Positions 38,102-47,434 of a stretch of DNA of 64,000 bases are shown piece after piece. A model generated the notes under the pieces. It saw only the letters and a list, made by a program, of their open reading frames with translations, ran no database searches and was not told where the DNA came from. Numbering within the stretch: the first letter of the stretch is position 1; every line of letters begins with the position of its first letter. Origin of the DNA: an uncultured Gammaproteobacteria bacterium (GTDB lineage Bacteria; Patescibacteriota; Microgenomatia; JAMCZE01); contig CAZXMM010000001.1 of assembly GCA_964641255.1 (NCBI GenBank), positions 809,890-873,889 on the forward strand, in the 5' to 3' direction. Position numbers and translations under genes: made by a program.

Positions 38102-38861
38102 TTCGCGCTTGGTCCAAAACACTTTGATCCAGCGAGTTGTACATCTGAACTTTATAGGTTCGCTTGCCGGTAGTCAGACTGATCGGGATAGAACTATATT
38201 GGGTAGTTAGTGAAGTCGTTTCCACTTCGGTCTCGCTAAAGGGTAAACCCGAAGTGGTATCAATGAGTCGAGCGTGAACAGTACCATTAGTTCTGGGCAT
38301 CCGAATAAAGACTTCAAAATAAGCGGTTTTTAAGCCAGGGAAATTACCATAGTCAAAGGTGGCTTGGGCCGACTCTAGGGTTGTCCAGTCACTGGCCTGA
38401 TTAAGCGTTCCACTACCCAAGGGAATAAAATATTCGCCTTTAGTCAGAAATTGGTTACTACCAGTTGGAGAAACTAACTGAGAAGTTGGCGCCCTGATGA
38501 TAGGTGAATTAGTTACTGGCGCTACTACCGCTGAAATTGTCGAGGCGTTTATCAGGGACATACAAGTCTGAGGACAGGCATCCAAAGCTCCAAGTTGGGC
38601 AAGAATACTATTGGCTGCCACGCTGCCGCTGTTATTAGAACTTTTGGCAGCGGAGGGACTAGCAGCTGGCGGCTGATCAGGAAACGAAGCAAACATCCGG
38701 CTAGAAATTAGACCGAGACTATTCTCTACCTCGGTCAACTTGGTCTGAAAATCTAGCAGTTCGGTACGCTGTTTAACAAAATAAAAATCTAAAATGAGTA
38801 AGTTGGCGACTAAAATTAGTCCGACAAAAGCAAAAACGTACCGTAAATAGCGCTCGATCAT
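38082..38861 (-). CDS. Hypothetical membrane-anchored extracellular protein
   Basis: N-terminal TM (YVFAFVGLILVANLLILDFYFV). The remainder is Ser/Thr/Ala-rich. Confidence 0.4.
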   Translation of the reverse strand: MIERYLRYVFAFVGLILVANLLILDFYFVKQRTELLDFQTKLTEVENSLGLISSRMFASFPDQPPAASPSAAKSSNNSGSVAANSILAQLGALDACPQTCMSLINASTISAVVAPVTNSPIIRAPTSQLVSPTGSNQFLTKGEYFIPLGSGTLNQASDWTTLESAQATFDYGNFPGLKTAYFEVFIRMPRTNGTVHARLIDTTSGLPFSETEVETTSLTTQYSSIPISLTTGKRTYKVQMYNSLDQSVLDQARIRIVSQ

Positions 38862-40246
38862 TTGGTGTCTTCAATAATTAAGCCCCTTTTGAGCAGGTCG
38901 TCTCTAATAGCGTCAGCCTGGTCAAATTGTTTTTTGGCTCTCAGCTGTTCTCTTTTAATCAGTAGGGCTTTGACTTCCTCTGTCATGACTGGTGATCCAC
39001 CCTTTTCTTCCCTGCCCAGGTCTAGGCCTAGTACCTCATCAAATTTTAGGAGAGCGTCAAGTTTTTCCTTTGCTCCTACACTAGGGTCTTCAGCCATCTG
39101 CCAAACAACTGCCAAAGCCTTAGGTAAATTAAGGTCATCGAAGAGGGCGGTCTCAAAGCTTTGGCGATAATCATCAGCGCTGCCTTCCTGGTCATCTTCC
39201 CTAGCCGCTTGCCACAAACCCACCTTGTGGCGCAATCGCTTAAGGGCAGTCTGGGCTCCCTCCAGTCCTTCCCAAGTAAAATTAAGAAGGGCTCGGTAAT
39301 GAGCTGATAGATAGAAGTACCTAAGAGCCAATGGGTCAATTTTCTTGGCAAGAATATCTTGCATAGTATAGGCATTGCCGAGAGACTTGCCCATCCTGCC
39401 CCCATCAACGGTGAGAAATTCGTTATGCAACCAATACCTACTAAATTCTTTCCCGCTGGCAGCTTCCGACTGGGCAATTTCATTGGTGTGATGAATCGCA
39501 ATATGATCAATGCCGCCCGTATGAATATCAAGAGTCTCCCCTAAGAGACTCATCGCCATGGCAGAGCACTCCACATGCCAGCCAGGAAACCCCTCTCCCC
39601 AGGGAGAGGGCCAACGCATCTGGTGGTCGGCAAATTTACCCACCGTCTTGAGCCATAAGGCAAAATCCTGGGGGTGCTTTTTGGTTGGGTCTTCCAAAAC
39701 TTCATCCCGCGCAGCTGTCCGTTTATCAATAAGTTTTTGTCCTCCCAATTTGCCGTATTCGGGAAATTTTTCGACATCAAAAAAGACCGCACTGTCTGTT
39801 TCATATCCGTACCCGCCCTCAACCAGGCGGGACACCAAATCAATTTGCTCTTTGATGTAATCAGTAGCGCGCGCAAGAGTTGTTGGTGCAATGATATTTA
39901 GCTTCTCTCGACTGATTATAAAATCATCAAGGTAAAATTGAGCCACTTCCCAAACTGTCTTCCCCTCCCTTTTGGCCCCTTTTTCTAGTCGATCTTCACC
40001 CGTATCAGCGTGACCCAGGTTATCACCTGAAAGATGACCCACGTCAGTAACATTCATGACGTGATTAACCAAAAAGCCTTTATAAGCCAAAACTCGACGC
40101 AGGATGTCGTCAAAAACAAAAGCCCGCCAATTGCCAATGGTCATGAAACTATAGACAGTCGGACCACAGGTGTACAACCGCACTTCTGGCGGATTAAGTG
40201 GCGCAAATTCTTCTAGTTTTTTAGTTAAGGTGTTAAAAAGTCTCAT
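38858..40246 (-). CDS. cysS: Cysteinyl-tRNA synthetase
   Basis: Class I motifs (HIGH-region variant CGPTVYSFMTIGN; KMSKS as RMGKSLGN) and the Zn-binding Cys of CysRS. Confidence 0.9.
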   Translation of the reverse strand: MRLFNTLTKKLEEFAPLNPPEVRLYTCGPTVYSFMTIGNWRAFVFDDILRRVLAYKGFLVNHVMNVTDVGHLSGDNLGHADTGEDRLEKGAKREGKTVWEVAQFYLDDFIISREKLNIIAPTTLARATDYIKEQIDLVSRLVEGGYGYETDSAVFFDVEKFPEYGKLGGQKLIDKRTAARDEVLEDPTKKHPQDFALWLKTVGKFADHQMRWPSPWGEGFPGWHVECSAMAMSLLGETLDIHTGGIDHIAIHHTNEIAQSEAASGKEFSRYWLHNEFLTVDGGRMGKSLGNAYTMQDILAKKIDPLALRYFYLSAHYRALLNFTWEGLEGAQTALKRLRHKVGLWQAAREDDQEGSADDYRQSFETALFDDLNLPKALAVVWQMAEDPSVGAKEKLDALLKFDEVLGLDLGREEKGGSPVMTEEVKALLIKREQLRAKKQFDQADAIRDDLLKRGLIIEDTK

Positions 40247-40467
40247 TGGTTGGCAAAATTTACCCCGTGCTTGCGTTTGAGTAGGTCAGCCGCGATCGTT
40301 TTGACTTCCAGCTCAAATTCCTGGTCCCTCTGGGTTTGGTTCGCCTCAATAGCAAAATCATTGTTTTGGTAATCGACAGTAAGGACAATTCTTTCGCCGT
40401 TTTTCCCCTCAATGTGATAGCTCGCCTTGCCAAAAACAAATGCCGTAATTTGTTTTAAGTTTCTCAT
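40243..40467 (-). CDS. Small hypothetical protein, translationally coupled upstream of cysS
   Basis: 74 aa, ATG at 40467 with a GAGGTG RBS. 4-nt overlap with the cysS start. No recognised domain. Confidence 0.35.
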   Translation of the reverse strand: MRNLKQITAFVFGKASYHIEGKNGERIVLTVDYQNNDFAIEANQTQRDQEFELEVKTIAADLLKRKHGVNFANQ

Positions 40468-40486
40468 ATTTTCACCTCACTTTCCA

Positions 40487-40508
40487 TTAAAAAACCCGCT
40501 TTCGCGGG
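40487..40508 (-). terminator. Intrinsic terminator/attenuator hairpin (minus strand) just before the small-ORF/cysS RBS
   Basis: CCCGC-tttc-GCGGG stem-loop followed on the minus strand by TTTTTTAAT. A second 10-bp hairpin GCACAAAAGT...ACTTTTGTGC (40513-40551) lies just upstream of it. Confidence 0.6.
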
Positions 40509-40549
40509 GGAAGCACAAAAGTCACTCGGCAAAGCCGATCTACTTTTGT

Positions 40550-40582
40550 GCAAATAAACAACAAGACTGTGGCATGTCAAAA
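40550..40582 (-). promoter_or_regulatory. Candidate sigma70-like promoter for the leader/small-ORF/cysS transcript
   Basis: Minus-sense TTGACA (40580..40575), 17-nt spacer, TTTATTT. It sits right after the vapC stop and just before the two leader hairpins. Confidence 0.4.
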
Positions 40583-40599
40583 AAAGTCTACCACACCTA

Positions 40600-40992
40600 T
40601 CAGAGCTTTTTCAACTTCTTCTTAAGACCACTGTCAAAAGTAAGAACATCAGCCGAGTCGTTTTCTGCCTTAACTAGTAAATAGCAATCAACGAGGTCCA
40701 GTTTACTTTTAAGCCAGAAAGAGAGTGTCGACTTCAAAATAGCCTCTTCCTCAACAGAAAGATATGGTAACGCCAGTAATTTTCCCAACTGAGTAGCTAT
40801 CTCCTCTTTAGGCAATTTGTATTGCGAGCGAAGGGTATAGATAATCTCAAAAAAGACTATGGGGGTAAGAATTATCTTTAGTTGTCCCTCCTTAGCAAGT
40901 AAGAAAGCGTCTTTGGCGAATTGGAGTTGGTCGGCGATATCACCCAGAAGAAAACGCAGCAAAACATTAGTATCGATATAAGCAAAGCGCAT
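40600..40992 (-). CDS. vapC: PIN-domain toxin VapC
   Basis: IDTNVL at the N-terminus, with conserved acidic residues spaced as in PIN domains. 130 aa. Confidence 0.8.
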   Translation of the reverse strand: MRFAYIDTNVLLRFLLGDIADQLQFAKDAFLLAKEGQLKIILTPIVFFEIIYTLRSQYKLPKEEIATQLGKLLALPYLSVEEEAILKSTLSFWLKSKLDLVDCYLLVKAENDSADVLTFDSGLKKKLKKL

Positions 40993-40993
40993 A

Positions 40994-41248
40994 CTAAGTT
41001 AGTTTGTTGCCTAAGTGTCTAGTGCCTAGATAGTGCTCGAAGGTCCTTCGCGTCTGGCGGAAGGGAACCTTTTTCTTGCTCTTAAAGACTCCCGCTAGTT
41101 GGATAAAATCTGGTACTCGTTCCACAATGAGGCGACCCTTATCAAGAGTAACCAAAGCTTTCTGCTTTTTGTCTAGACCTACAGACCGGCGTAGTAGGGC
41201 TGGTAGGGTAATCTGGCCTTGACTGGTAACTGATACCGAATACGTCAT
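40994..41248 (-). CDS. vapB: AbrB/MazE/SpoVT-family antitoxin VapB
   Basis: QGQITLPALLRRSVGLDKK is a SpoVT-AbrB swapped-hairpin motif. 84 aa, immediately upstream of vapC. Confidence 0.7.
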   Translation of the reverse strand: MTYSVSVTSQGQITLPALLRRSVGLDKKQKALVTLDKGRLIVERVPDFIQLAGVFKSKKKVPFRQTRRTFEHYLGTRHLGNKLT

Positions 41249-41300
41249 CCATTACTTTTAACATCTTACATTACTTTTGTCAAATTACATTACTTAATAC
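41249..41300. promoter_or_regulatory. Three direct repeats CATTACTT(TT) at a regular 19-bp spacing upstream of vapB (putative operator)
   Basis: Repeats at 41250-41259, 41269-41278 and 41288-41296, in the divergent intergenic region between vapB and the GT2 gene. Confidence 0.55.
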
Positions 41301-41319
41301 TTGTAGTATACTTTAAGGG

Positions 41320-42240
41320 ATGATTAAGATTGCTATAGCTACTGTCAACTTTAATGGCCTAGACGATACTCTAGAACTCTTGGCTAGCCTAAAAGAACTT
41401 GATACCAAAGGGCTCCAGATAGTAACCGTAGTTGTGGATAACGGCTCCAGGGACAATCAGGCTGACGCCATCAGTCAAGCTTATCCCCAGGCTATCTTAG
41501 TTAGAAATCCCACGAACACCGGTTCAGCGGGCGGCTTTAACTCTGGTATTCAGGCGGGCTTACAAGCCGGAGCTGATTTTGTCCTTCTGCTTAACAATGA
41601 CTGCCTTATTTCTGACCCCAAACTACTGCAAATGCTTCTTAAAACTATCAACTCTGACAAAGAAATCGGTGCGGTCTCACCCAAGATCTATTTTGCTCCG
41701 GGCTTTGAGTTTTATAAAGACCGCTACAAAAGGGAGGATCTCGGTAAAGTTATTTGGTACGGTGGTGGCACTTTTGACTGGAACAATGTTCTCTCCAAAC
41801 ACGAAGGTATTGATGAGGTTGACCACGGCAAGTATGAAAGTGTTCACGACGCCGAATTCCTTAACTGTGCCTGCATTCTCATGCGCAAGGAAATTTTTGC
41901 GAAGGGAATATTCTTTGATGAATCGCTATTTGCTTACTTTGACGATAATGACTTTAACATAAAACTGGTACGAGCCGGGTTCAGAAAAGTGTATAACGGG
42001 GCAACAAATATCTACCACAAAGTGTCCCGAACTGCTGGTATTGGTTCCCCTACCGCCGATTACTATCTGACCCGCAACAGGTTGATATTTGGAATGCGCT
42101 ACGCCTCACTACGAACCAAATTTGCTCTACTGCGAGAGGCTTTCCGTCTTTTGATTACTGGGAGGGTTGCCCAAAAACAAGGAGTCATCGATTTTCTAAA
42201 ACTCAAGCGGGGACGGCTTACCCCGAAGCGTCCCGATTAG
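41320..42240 (+). CDS. Glycosyltransferase family 2
   Basis: IAIATVNFNGLDDTLELLASL..VVVDNGSRDN and DxD-type motifs. 306 aa. Confidence 0.85.
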   Translation: MIKIAIATVNFNGLDDTLELLASLKELDTKGLQIVTVVVDNGSRDNQADAISQAYPQAILVRNPTNTGSAGGFNSGIQAGLQAGADFVLLLNNDCLISDPKLLQMLLKTINSDKEIGAVSPKIYFAPGFEFYKDRYKREDLGKVIWYGGGTFDWNNVLSKHEGIDEVDHGKYESVHDAEFLNCACILMRKEIFAKGIFFDESLFAYFDDNDFNIKLVRAGFRKVYNGATNIYHKVSRTAGIGSPTADYYLTRNRLIFGMRYASLRTKFALLREAFRLLITGRVAQKQGVIDFLKLKRGRLTPKRPD

Positions 42241-42694
42241 CCTCACCGGTAGTTAGGGCATTTTTAGTGGCGGTTTGAATAGCACTTGCTCTGGGTTTTT
42301 TATCCTTTTTAATTTCTGGCCCCGCACCAGAAATTGGAGTAGTGTCTTCCCCCTCTTGTTTTAGCCGCTGTTTTTCTAGCTCCAGTAAAATTTGCTTGCG
42401 CTTTTCTTTAAGCAGCAAAACATCCCGCCGTTCTAGAGCATTGGTCAAATAACTGACTACCTGTTTACTGGGTACGGGTGCGCCAGTGACCTGGTCGATT
42501 TTTGGGCTCTTGGCTGTAGTCTTTGGTGGAGCCACTAATTTCTCGCTGGGAAGTGGGGCAGACGCCGAAGAGGTGAAAATTTGTCCTTTAGCTGATTTGG
42601 CTAGGTCCGTAGGTAGGGCTTTTAGCTGCCGGCCGGTACCTCTCAGTAGCTCGCCGAACTCGTCAGCAAACGGATTGTTTTTTACAAAACCCAT
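42218..42694 (-). CDS. Hypothetical low-complexity protein
   Basis: 158 aa, Lys/Pro/Ala/Thr-rich with a coiled-coil-like middle. Convergent 23-nt overlap with the GT2 gene. Confidence 0.3.
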   Translation of the reverse strand: MGFVKNNPFADEFGELLRGTGRQLKALPTDLAKSAKGQIFTSSASAPLPSEKLVAPPKTTAKSPKIDQVTGAPVPSKQVVSYLTNALERRDVLLLKEKRKQILLELEKQRLKQEGEDTTPISGAGPEIKKDKKPRASAIQTATKNALTTGEANRDASG

Positions 42695-42698
42695 ATTT

Positions 42699-43628
42699 TT
42701 AAAGCTTAAACTTTATGGCTTGGGTCTTAGTATCGATCTCCCCCTCCACCCCGATGGGAATCGTCATTTTCGGAGTCTCATGGCCAAAATCCACTCCCCA
42801 CAAAATCGGAAAATCATAGGACCGAGCCATTTGCAGTAGTACGTAACGTAACTCAGGAACCCCGACGTAACCACCTTCTTCTGAACAGTCTGTTAGTTTC
42901 CCGACGAGCATGCCCTCACACCGCTCGAAAACTCCTAAATTTCTCAGATGAAAAAGATTCCTGATTATCTCGTTATAAATATCGGAAAATTCTTCCCAAA
43001 AGAAAATAATCTTCTGATCACCAAGCAGTGGAAAGGGATCATAAGGTGTGCCCAAAACTGCACAGACGGTAGCTAGATTTCCACCAACCAACATCCCCTT
43101 ACCCCGACCCGACCGAAGAACTTCCCATTTGGAATGGGGTTCTATCTTTTCGACTGGGCTACCCATCAGGGTCGCCCACAAGTTTTTCAGGGTGTACTCT
43201 GATTCCTCAGCTAACGAAGCACCGTTGGGCCCATGAAACGTCACTAAATTAGCTTTGGTCAAAAAAGCCAACTGCAAAATAGCGGCGTCTGAGTAGCCAA
43301 CAAAAATCTTGGGATTTTTTTTGATAGTGTCATAGTCTAGCTGATCTAGTATTTGATCAGCGGCGTAGCCCCCAATGCCCATAATAATGGCTTTGACCTC
43401 TGGATCAGCAAAGGCCGTGTTGACATCCTGTGCCCGGTCCTCGATGGTACCAGCAGTATAGTCGCCTATCTTATAGAAAAGATGTTTGCCGAGTTTTAAT
43501 TTAAAACCTTGGCCTTCGAGGTATTGGCGAGTTTTTTCTACGTCAGCCCGCTCTACCGGTTCGGAAGGGGCAATGATGGAAATAGTGTCACCAACTTGTA
43601 ATTTGGCGGGGAAAATTGGACTGATCAT
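42699..43628 (-). CDS. LD-carboxypeptidase (peptidase S66, LdcA-like)
   Basis: IIAPSEPV.. N-terminal domain and a GYSDAAIL nucleophile-elbow motif. Confidence 0.8.
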   Translation of the reverse strand: MISPIFPAKLQVGDTISIIAPSEPVERADVEKTRQYLEGQGFKLKLGKHLFYKIGDYTAGTIEDRAQDVNTAFADPEVKAIIMGIGGYAADQILDQLDYDTIKKNPKIFVGYSDAAILQLAFLTKANLVTFHGPNGASLAEESEYTLKNLWATLMGSPVEKIEPHSKWEVLRSGRGKGMLVGGNLATVCAVLGTPYDPFPLLGDQKIIFFWEEFSDIYNEIIRNLFHLRNLGVFERCEGMLVGKLTDCSEEGGYVGVPELRYVLLQMARSYDFPILWGVDFGHETPKMTIPIGVEGEIDTKTQAIKFKL

Positions 43629-43697
43629 TTCTTAATTTTATCCCACCAGCCCAAGCCAAACAAGCAGAGGGATACTACAGGACTTACTACTATAGGG

Positions 43698-44714
43698 TTA
43701 CTGTTTGAGGTCGGTCGCAGCCACTACGATAAGAAAATCGTTATTGGAGCGTACACACCCAAAGTTATAGGTTTTGTTGCGCATAATCTCGTTATTGGGT
43801 GCCCAAGAGGAAACTAGCTGCTCAGAAGTATCGATATCATCATACTCAGCCTCGTAGTGATAAGTTTCACTGACGTGGGTAAAGTCGGCAAAATATGCCT
43901 GTTTTACCTGACTATTGGCTTGATCTTCGTAAAAACCTTTGTGGTCGTCGAGCTTGCCAAAGTCGACCAGCTGCTCTAGTCGGCGCTGGGCATAGGCACA
44001 GAGTCTGCTATCACTAACTAGAATGGGGAAACCACTCTCCTGGCGGTACTTATTGAGCAGATTTAACACTTCTTCGTTGCGATTGCTGCTATATTTTTGT
44101 TCTATCTCCGTAATCCCTTTTTTGAACTCAGAAGAATTTAAACCCTCAATATTTTCCACATTGCGCAGCAGTGAAATTACATCGCGGCCACCGCTTTGGC
44201 TTAGAACTACAGCAAAAGCAATAACCAGACCGGCAATAACCAGTGTTGCCAGTAGCCAACTGCCAAAAACGATAAAAGCAGCTAGAATTACATGACCCTT
44301 CTCTTTGGTTCTGACTACTACCGTCCGAGCGATCTTATCGTGCCAGCCTTGTTTTTTGCCGTCCCAGAGCGCCCAAAGAAAACCAAGAAGTAAAACTGCA
44401 CCTGAAAGCATATAACCTAGATAGCGAAGAACGCTATCTCCAAGTGAGATCTTACCCCCCGCCTCCTTAACGACTTTGATAGCTAGCAGCCGATTGCCCA
44501 AGGTTTGGCCATCCTGCTTGACCCAAAAGTAAGTAAAATAGGCTAGGTTGAGAATAATTCCCGGTACCCAGGCCAAAAGAGCCGAATTACCCATTGATAG
44601 GGGCACCGACAAAAACATTGAGGCAATACTTAGAATAAGTCCGTCAACAGAATAAGCCAAAAATCTCCGTCCAAATGAAGCATAATTTGACTGGCTGGTA
44701 GTTTCAGTAGTCAT
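43698..44714 (-). CDS. RDD-family membrane protein fused to a C-terminal extracellular domain (CAP/SCP-like?)
   Basis: RDD motifs (FGRRFLAYSVDGLIL; GQTLGNRLLAIKVV), an extra TM, then a ~170-aa soluble domain. Confidence 0.5.
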   Translation of the reverse strand: MTTETTSQSNYASFGRRFLAYSVDGLILSIASMFLSVPLSMGNSALLAWVPGIILNLAYFTYFWVKQDGQTLGNRLLAIKVVKEAGGKISLGDSVLRYLGYMLSGAVLLLGFLWALWDGKKQGWHDKIARTVVVRTKEKGHVILAAFIVFGSWLLATLVIAGLVIAFAVVLSQSGGRDVISLLRNVENIEGLNSSEFKKGITEIEQKYSSNRNEEVLNLLNKYRQESGFPILVSDSRLCAYAQRRLEQLVDFGKLDDHKGFYEDQANSQVKQAYFADFTHVSETYHYEAEYDDIDTSEQLVSSWAPNNEIMRNKTYNFGCVRSNNDFLIVVAATDLKQ

Positions 44715-44741
44715 ACTAGTAGTAGTGTATACGATTGGCTT

Positions 44742-45353
44742 TTAAAAATCCACCGCGCGCCGCCCCTGCAAAGCCCGAGTCAGGGTGGTTTCATCAGCGT
44801 ATTGCAAATCCCCTCCAATAGGCACACCTACCCCCAGGCGGGTAATTTTGAATTCTGAATTTAGCGTTTTTAACTGCCTGGTGATATACATGGCCGTTGC
44901 CTCCCCCTCCATAGTGGGATTCATCGCTAGGATTATCTCTTCAACTGCTGTACTAGCTTTTACTCGACCCACAAGGTCATTTATAAAAAGCTCGTCAGGT
45001 CCAATATTTTGCAAGGGATTAATCACTCCGTGTAAGACGTGGTAAACCCCTCGGTATTGACCCGTCTTTTCTAAACTAAAGACGTCGAGCGCACTTTCGA
45101 CTACACAGATTGTGCTATGGTCCCGGCTCTTATCGACATCAATAGAACAGGGTTCAGAAGCAGTAATATTTTTACACACCGAGCAAAAAACTATGCCCGC
45201 TCTTAAGTTTAAAACCGCCTCCCCCAACCGGGTTATTTCCGGGTGGGGAACAGTGAGCAAGTAAAATGCCAACCGCTCCGCCGTTTTCGGACCGACACCA
45301 GGGAGGCGTTCAAACGCTTCTATTAAGTTTTGGATTTGCCTAGGGAAGATCAT
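44742..45353 (-). CDS. recR: Recombination protein RecR
   Basis: HhH (RLPGVGPKTAERLAFYLL), C4 zinc finger (CSVCKNITASEPCSIC) and a Toprim domain. Confidence 0.9.
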   Translation of the reverse strand: MIFPRQIQNLIEAFERLPGVGPKTAERLAFYLLTVPHPEITRLGEAVLNLRAGIVFCSVCKNITASEPCSIDVDKSRDHSTICVVESALDVFSLEKTGQYRGVYHVLHGVINPLQNIGPDELFINDLVGRVKASTAVEEIILAMNPTMEGEATAMYITRQLKTLNSEFKITRLGVGVPIGGDLQYADETTLTRALQGRRAVDF

Positions 45354-45643
45354 TGCCCCCCCGTTAGTCCGCCCATCCCACCCGAAAGTTGCTGGAGCTT
45401 ACTAGCGGCGACCATCTGAGATTTGTAAAGTGCCTCACCGAGAGCAGCTTCGAGTTCATAATCACGAACGCCGTCCCAGGAAATTTCTTTAACCTTCTGG
45501 TCACCAGTAATGACAATTTTCAATAGTCCTTTGGTAGTTTGTTTAGTAATTTCAATGACTTCAGCTGCCAGTTGCGTCTGAATTTGCTGCGCTGTTTTAC
45601 GCATTTCATTGAGATCGCCAAGTTTTTTCAAAGAATCAAACAT
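45350..45643 (-). CDS. ybaB: Nucleoid-associated protein YbaB/EbfC
   Basis: 97 aa with a YbaB fold signature and a glycine-rich C-terminus. 4-nt overlap with recR. Confidence 0.85.
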   Translation of the reverse strand: MFDSLKKLGDLNEMRKTAQQIQTQLAAEVIEITKQTTKGLLKIVITGDQKVKEISWDGVRDYELEAALGEALYKSQMVAASKLQQLSGGMGGLTGGQ

Positions 45644-45662
45644 AGACTTAAATACACCCCCT

Positions 45663-47006
45663 TTACGATTTGCTAACTAGCTCAAACTTACTCTGAATTT
45701 CTAGAGCTAGTATATCAGAAATAACCGCTTCAAAAATAGCCCGGTTTTTCTCTTCCGAAAGTTGATCCCGATGAAAAGAATAAAGAACCTCCAAAGTCAG
45801 CTTGTTCCCCTCGAGGCTTTTCGGCCGGGCCGCCCGTAGCAAAGCCAGTAAATTATGATTTTTGGCTTTAACCGCAGCCATAACCTCTGGCCATTTGGCA
45901 GTAACTATTTCGACTGTGTTAACACTACTGGCCGCTTGGGGGGTGCTTGGTACCACTGGCACTAACTCAGGGCTTTCTAAAAAAAACCGGTCTAGAGCTA
46001 ACTCTAGTGGTAACTGAACAATTGGCGAGCTAAACGACTGCTGATAAGAAGCCAGCAAGTATTCGGTCAGGTGCGTAAGTTCCATCCTAGTTATAGTCTG
46101 ACCGTCATAATTAAGTTCAGTATCATTTGTGGATAATAAAAGTGTTCTAATTTCGTCAAGTAGACACGTATAAAGATCTTTTATTTTTTTACCTTCGCGA
46201 AGGTGATTTTCGATGATAGAGAAAGTTTGTTCCCGCTTATGACTTAGAATAGCGCTTAATAACTGGCCTACCAAAGCAGTGTCCGCGCCCCCCAAACTGC
46301 TAACATCACTTAGAGTAATGGTGCCGCCCTTACCGGATTTTTGTAGCAGCTGCTCAAGAAGCTTGTGACCATCTCGAAGTGAGCCTTGAGCCCGCTTGAC
46401 AATAGCAGCTACTGCTAAATCGTCAACTTTTAGTTTTTCTGCTGCCACAACCCGCTCAATAGCGCGGGTAACTTCACTGTCTTTTGGGCTACCAAAATCA
46501 AAGACCATACACCTGGATACAATCGTTGCCGGTAATTTCTGCGGCTCAGTAGTAGCCAGAACAAAAATAACGTGTTGGGGCGGCTCCTCCAGGGTTTTAA
46601 GTAGGGCATTAAAAGCACTGTTAGAAAGCATGTGCACTTCGTCAATAATGTAGACTTTATAGGGGCTGCTCACTGGAGCCAGTTTTACTTTTTCCCGCAA
46701 ATCACGGATATCATCAACGCCTGTATTGCTGGCGGCATCAATTTCCAGCACGTCAAGACTAGTACTACTTGTAATTGCTTGGCAAGACGGACAATGATTA
46801 CACGGTTCCTCTCCGATCTTTCGTTTTGGACAATTAACTATTTTGGCAATTAACCTGGCAGTGGAAGTCTTGCCAGTGCCCCGATTGCCAATCAGAAGAT
46901 AAGCATGGGACCACTGGTTAGCTAGCAGCGCCGCCCCCAGAGTCTCCCTAATGTGGGCAATGTCCAACTCGGCGATAGTTTGGGGACGGTAAGTCAGGTA
47001 GTACAT
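45663..47006 (-). CDS. dnaX: DNA polymerase III subunit gamma/tau
   Basis: AAA+ Walker A GNRGTGKTS, Zn module CNHCPSCQAI, SRC/box VII. The track start at 47012 is GTG; an ATG at 47006 (MYYLTYRPQ) is more likely. Confidence 0.9.
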   Translation of the reverse strand: MYYLTYRPQTIAELDIAHIRETLGAALLANQWSHAYLLIGNRGTGKTSTARLIAKIVNCPKRKIGEEPCNHCPSCQAITSSTSLDVLEIDAASNTGVDDIRDLREKVKLAPVSSPYKVYIIDEVHMLSNSAFNALLKTLEEPPQHVIFVLATTEPQKLPATIVSRCMVFDFGSPKDSEVTRAIERVVAAEKLKVDDLAVAAIVKRAQGSLRDGHKLLEQLLQKSGKGGTITLSDVSSLGGADTALVGQLLSAILSHKREQTFSIIENHLREGKKIKDLYTCLLDEIRTLLLSTNDTELNYDGQTITRMELTHLTEYLLASYQQSFSSPIVQLPLELALDRFFLESPELVPVVPSTPQAASSVNTVEIVTAKWPEVMAAVKAKNHNLLALLRAARPKSLEGNKLTLEVLYSFHRDQLSEEKNRAIFEAVISDILALEIQSKFELVSKS

Positions 47007-47011
47007 AATCA

Positions 47012-47434
47012 CTAATCACTATGGTGTTCGCCCAGTAGATGTAACATCCCATGTTCTACTAATTCACATAGCTTGTCCATGACTAAGACATTGTCCTCGT
47101 TGGCCTCAAGCTGAACCAGAGGGTAACAGATTAAAAGATCACCAAGAGTAAGAACCCCACTCGTCTCGCCAATAAATCCACTGACTCCCCGACCGGTTTT
47201 TGAGGCGGTGGTCAAATTGGTATCAACAAAAGGAAATGACAGCACGTTATGGGCAGTATCATCGTGCAAATATTTTTTGGCGACCGCTCGGGCTTTACGG
47301 CGGCCACAAATTAGAACAGAGACTTCCACGCTAGAAGAAATACCCCGACTCTTAAGCACGCGTTCCACCACGGCAGTAATTTTTGGCCGAACAATTGGAT
47401 AACGAGAGTCTGCTGAAATCAGAACTGTTACCAT
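47012..47434 (-). CDS. ybeY: Endoribonuclease YbeY
   Basis: HGMLHLLGEHH matches the YbeY H..LHL.G.DH zinc-binding motif. 140 aa. Confidence 0.8.
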   Translation of the reverse strand: MVTVLISADSRYPIVRPKITAVVERVLKSRGISSSVEVSVLICGRRKARAVAKKYLHDDTAHNVLSFPFVDTNLTTASKTGRGVSGFIGETSGVLTLGDLLICYPLVQLEANEDNVLVMDKLCELVEHGMLHLLGEHHSD

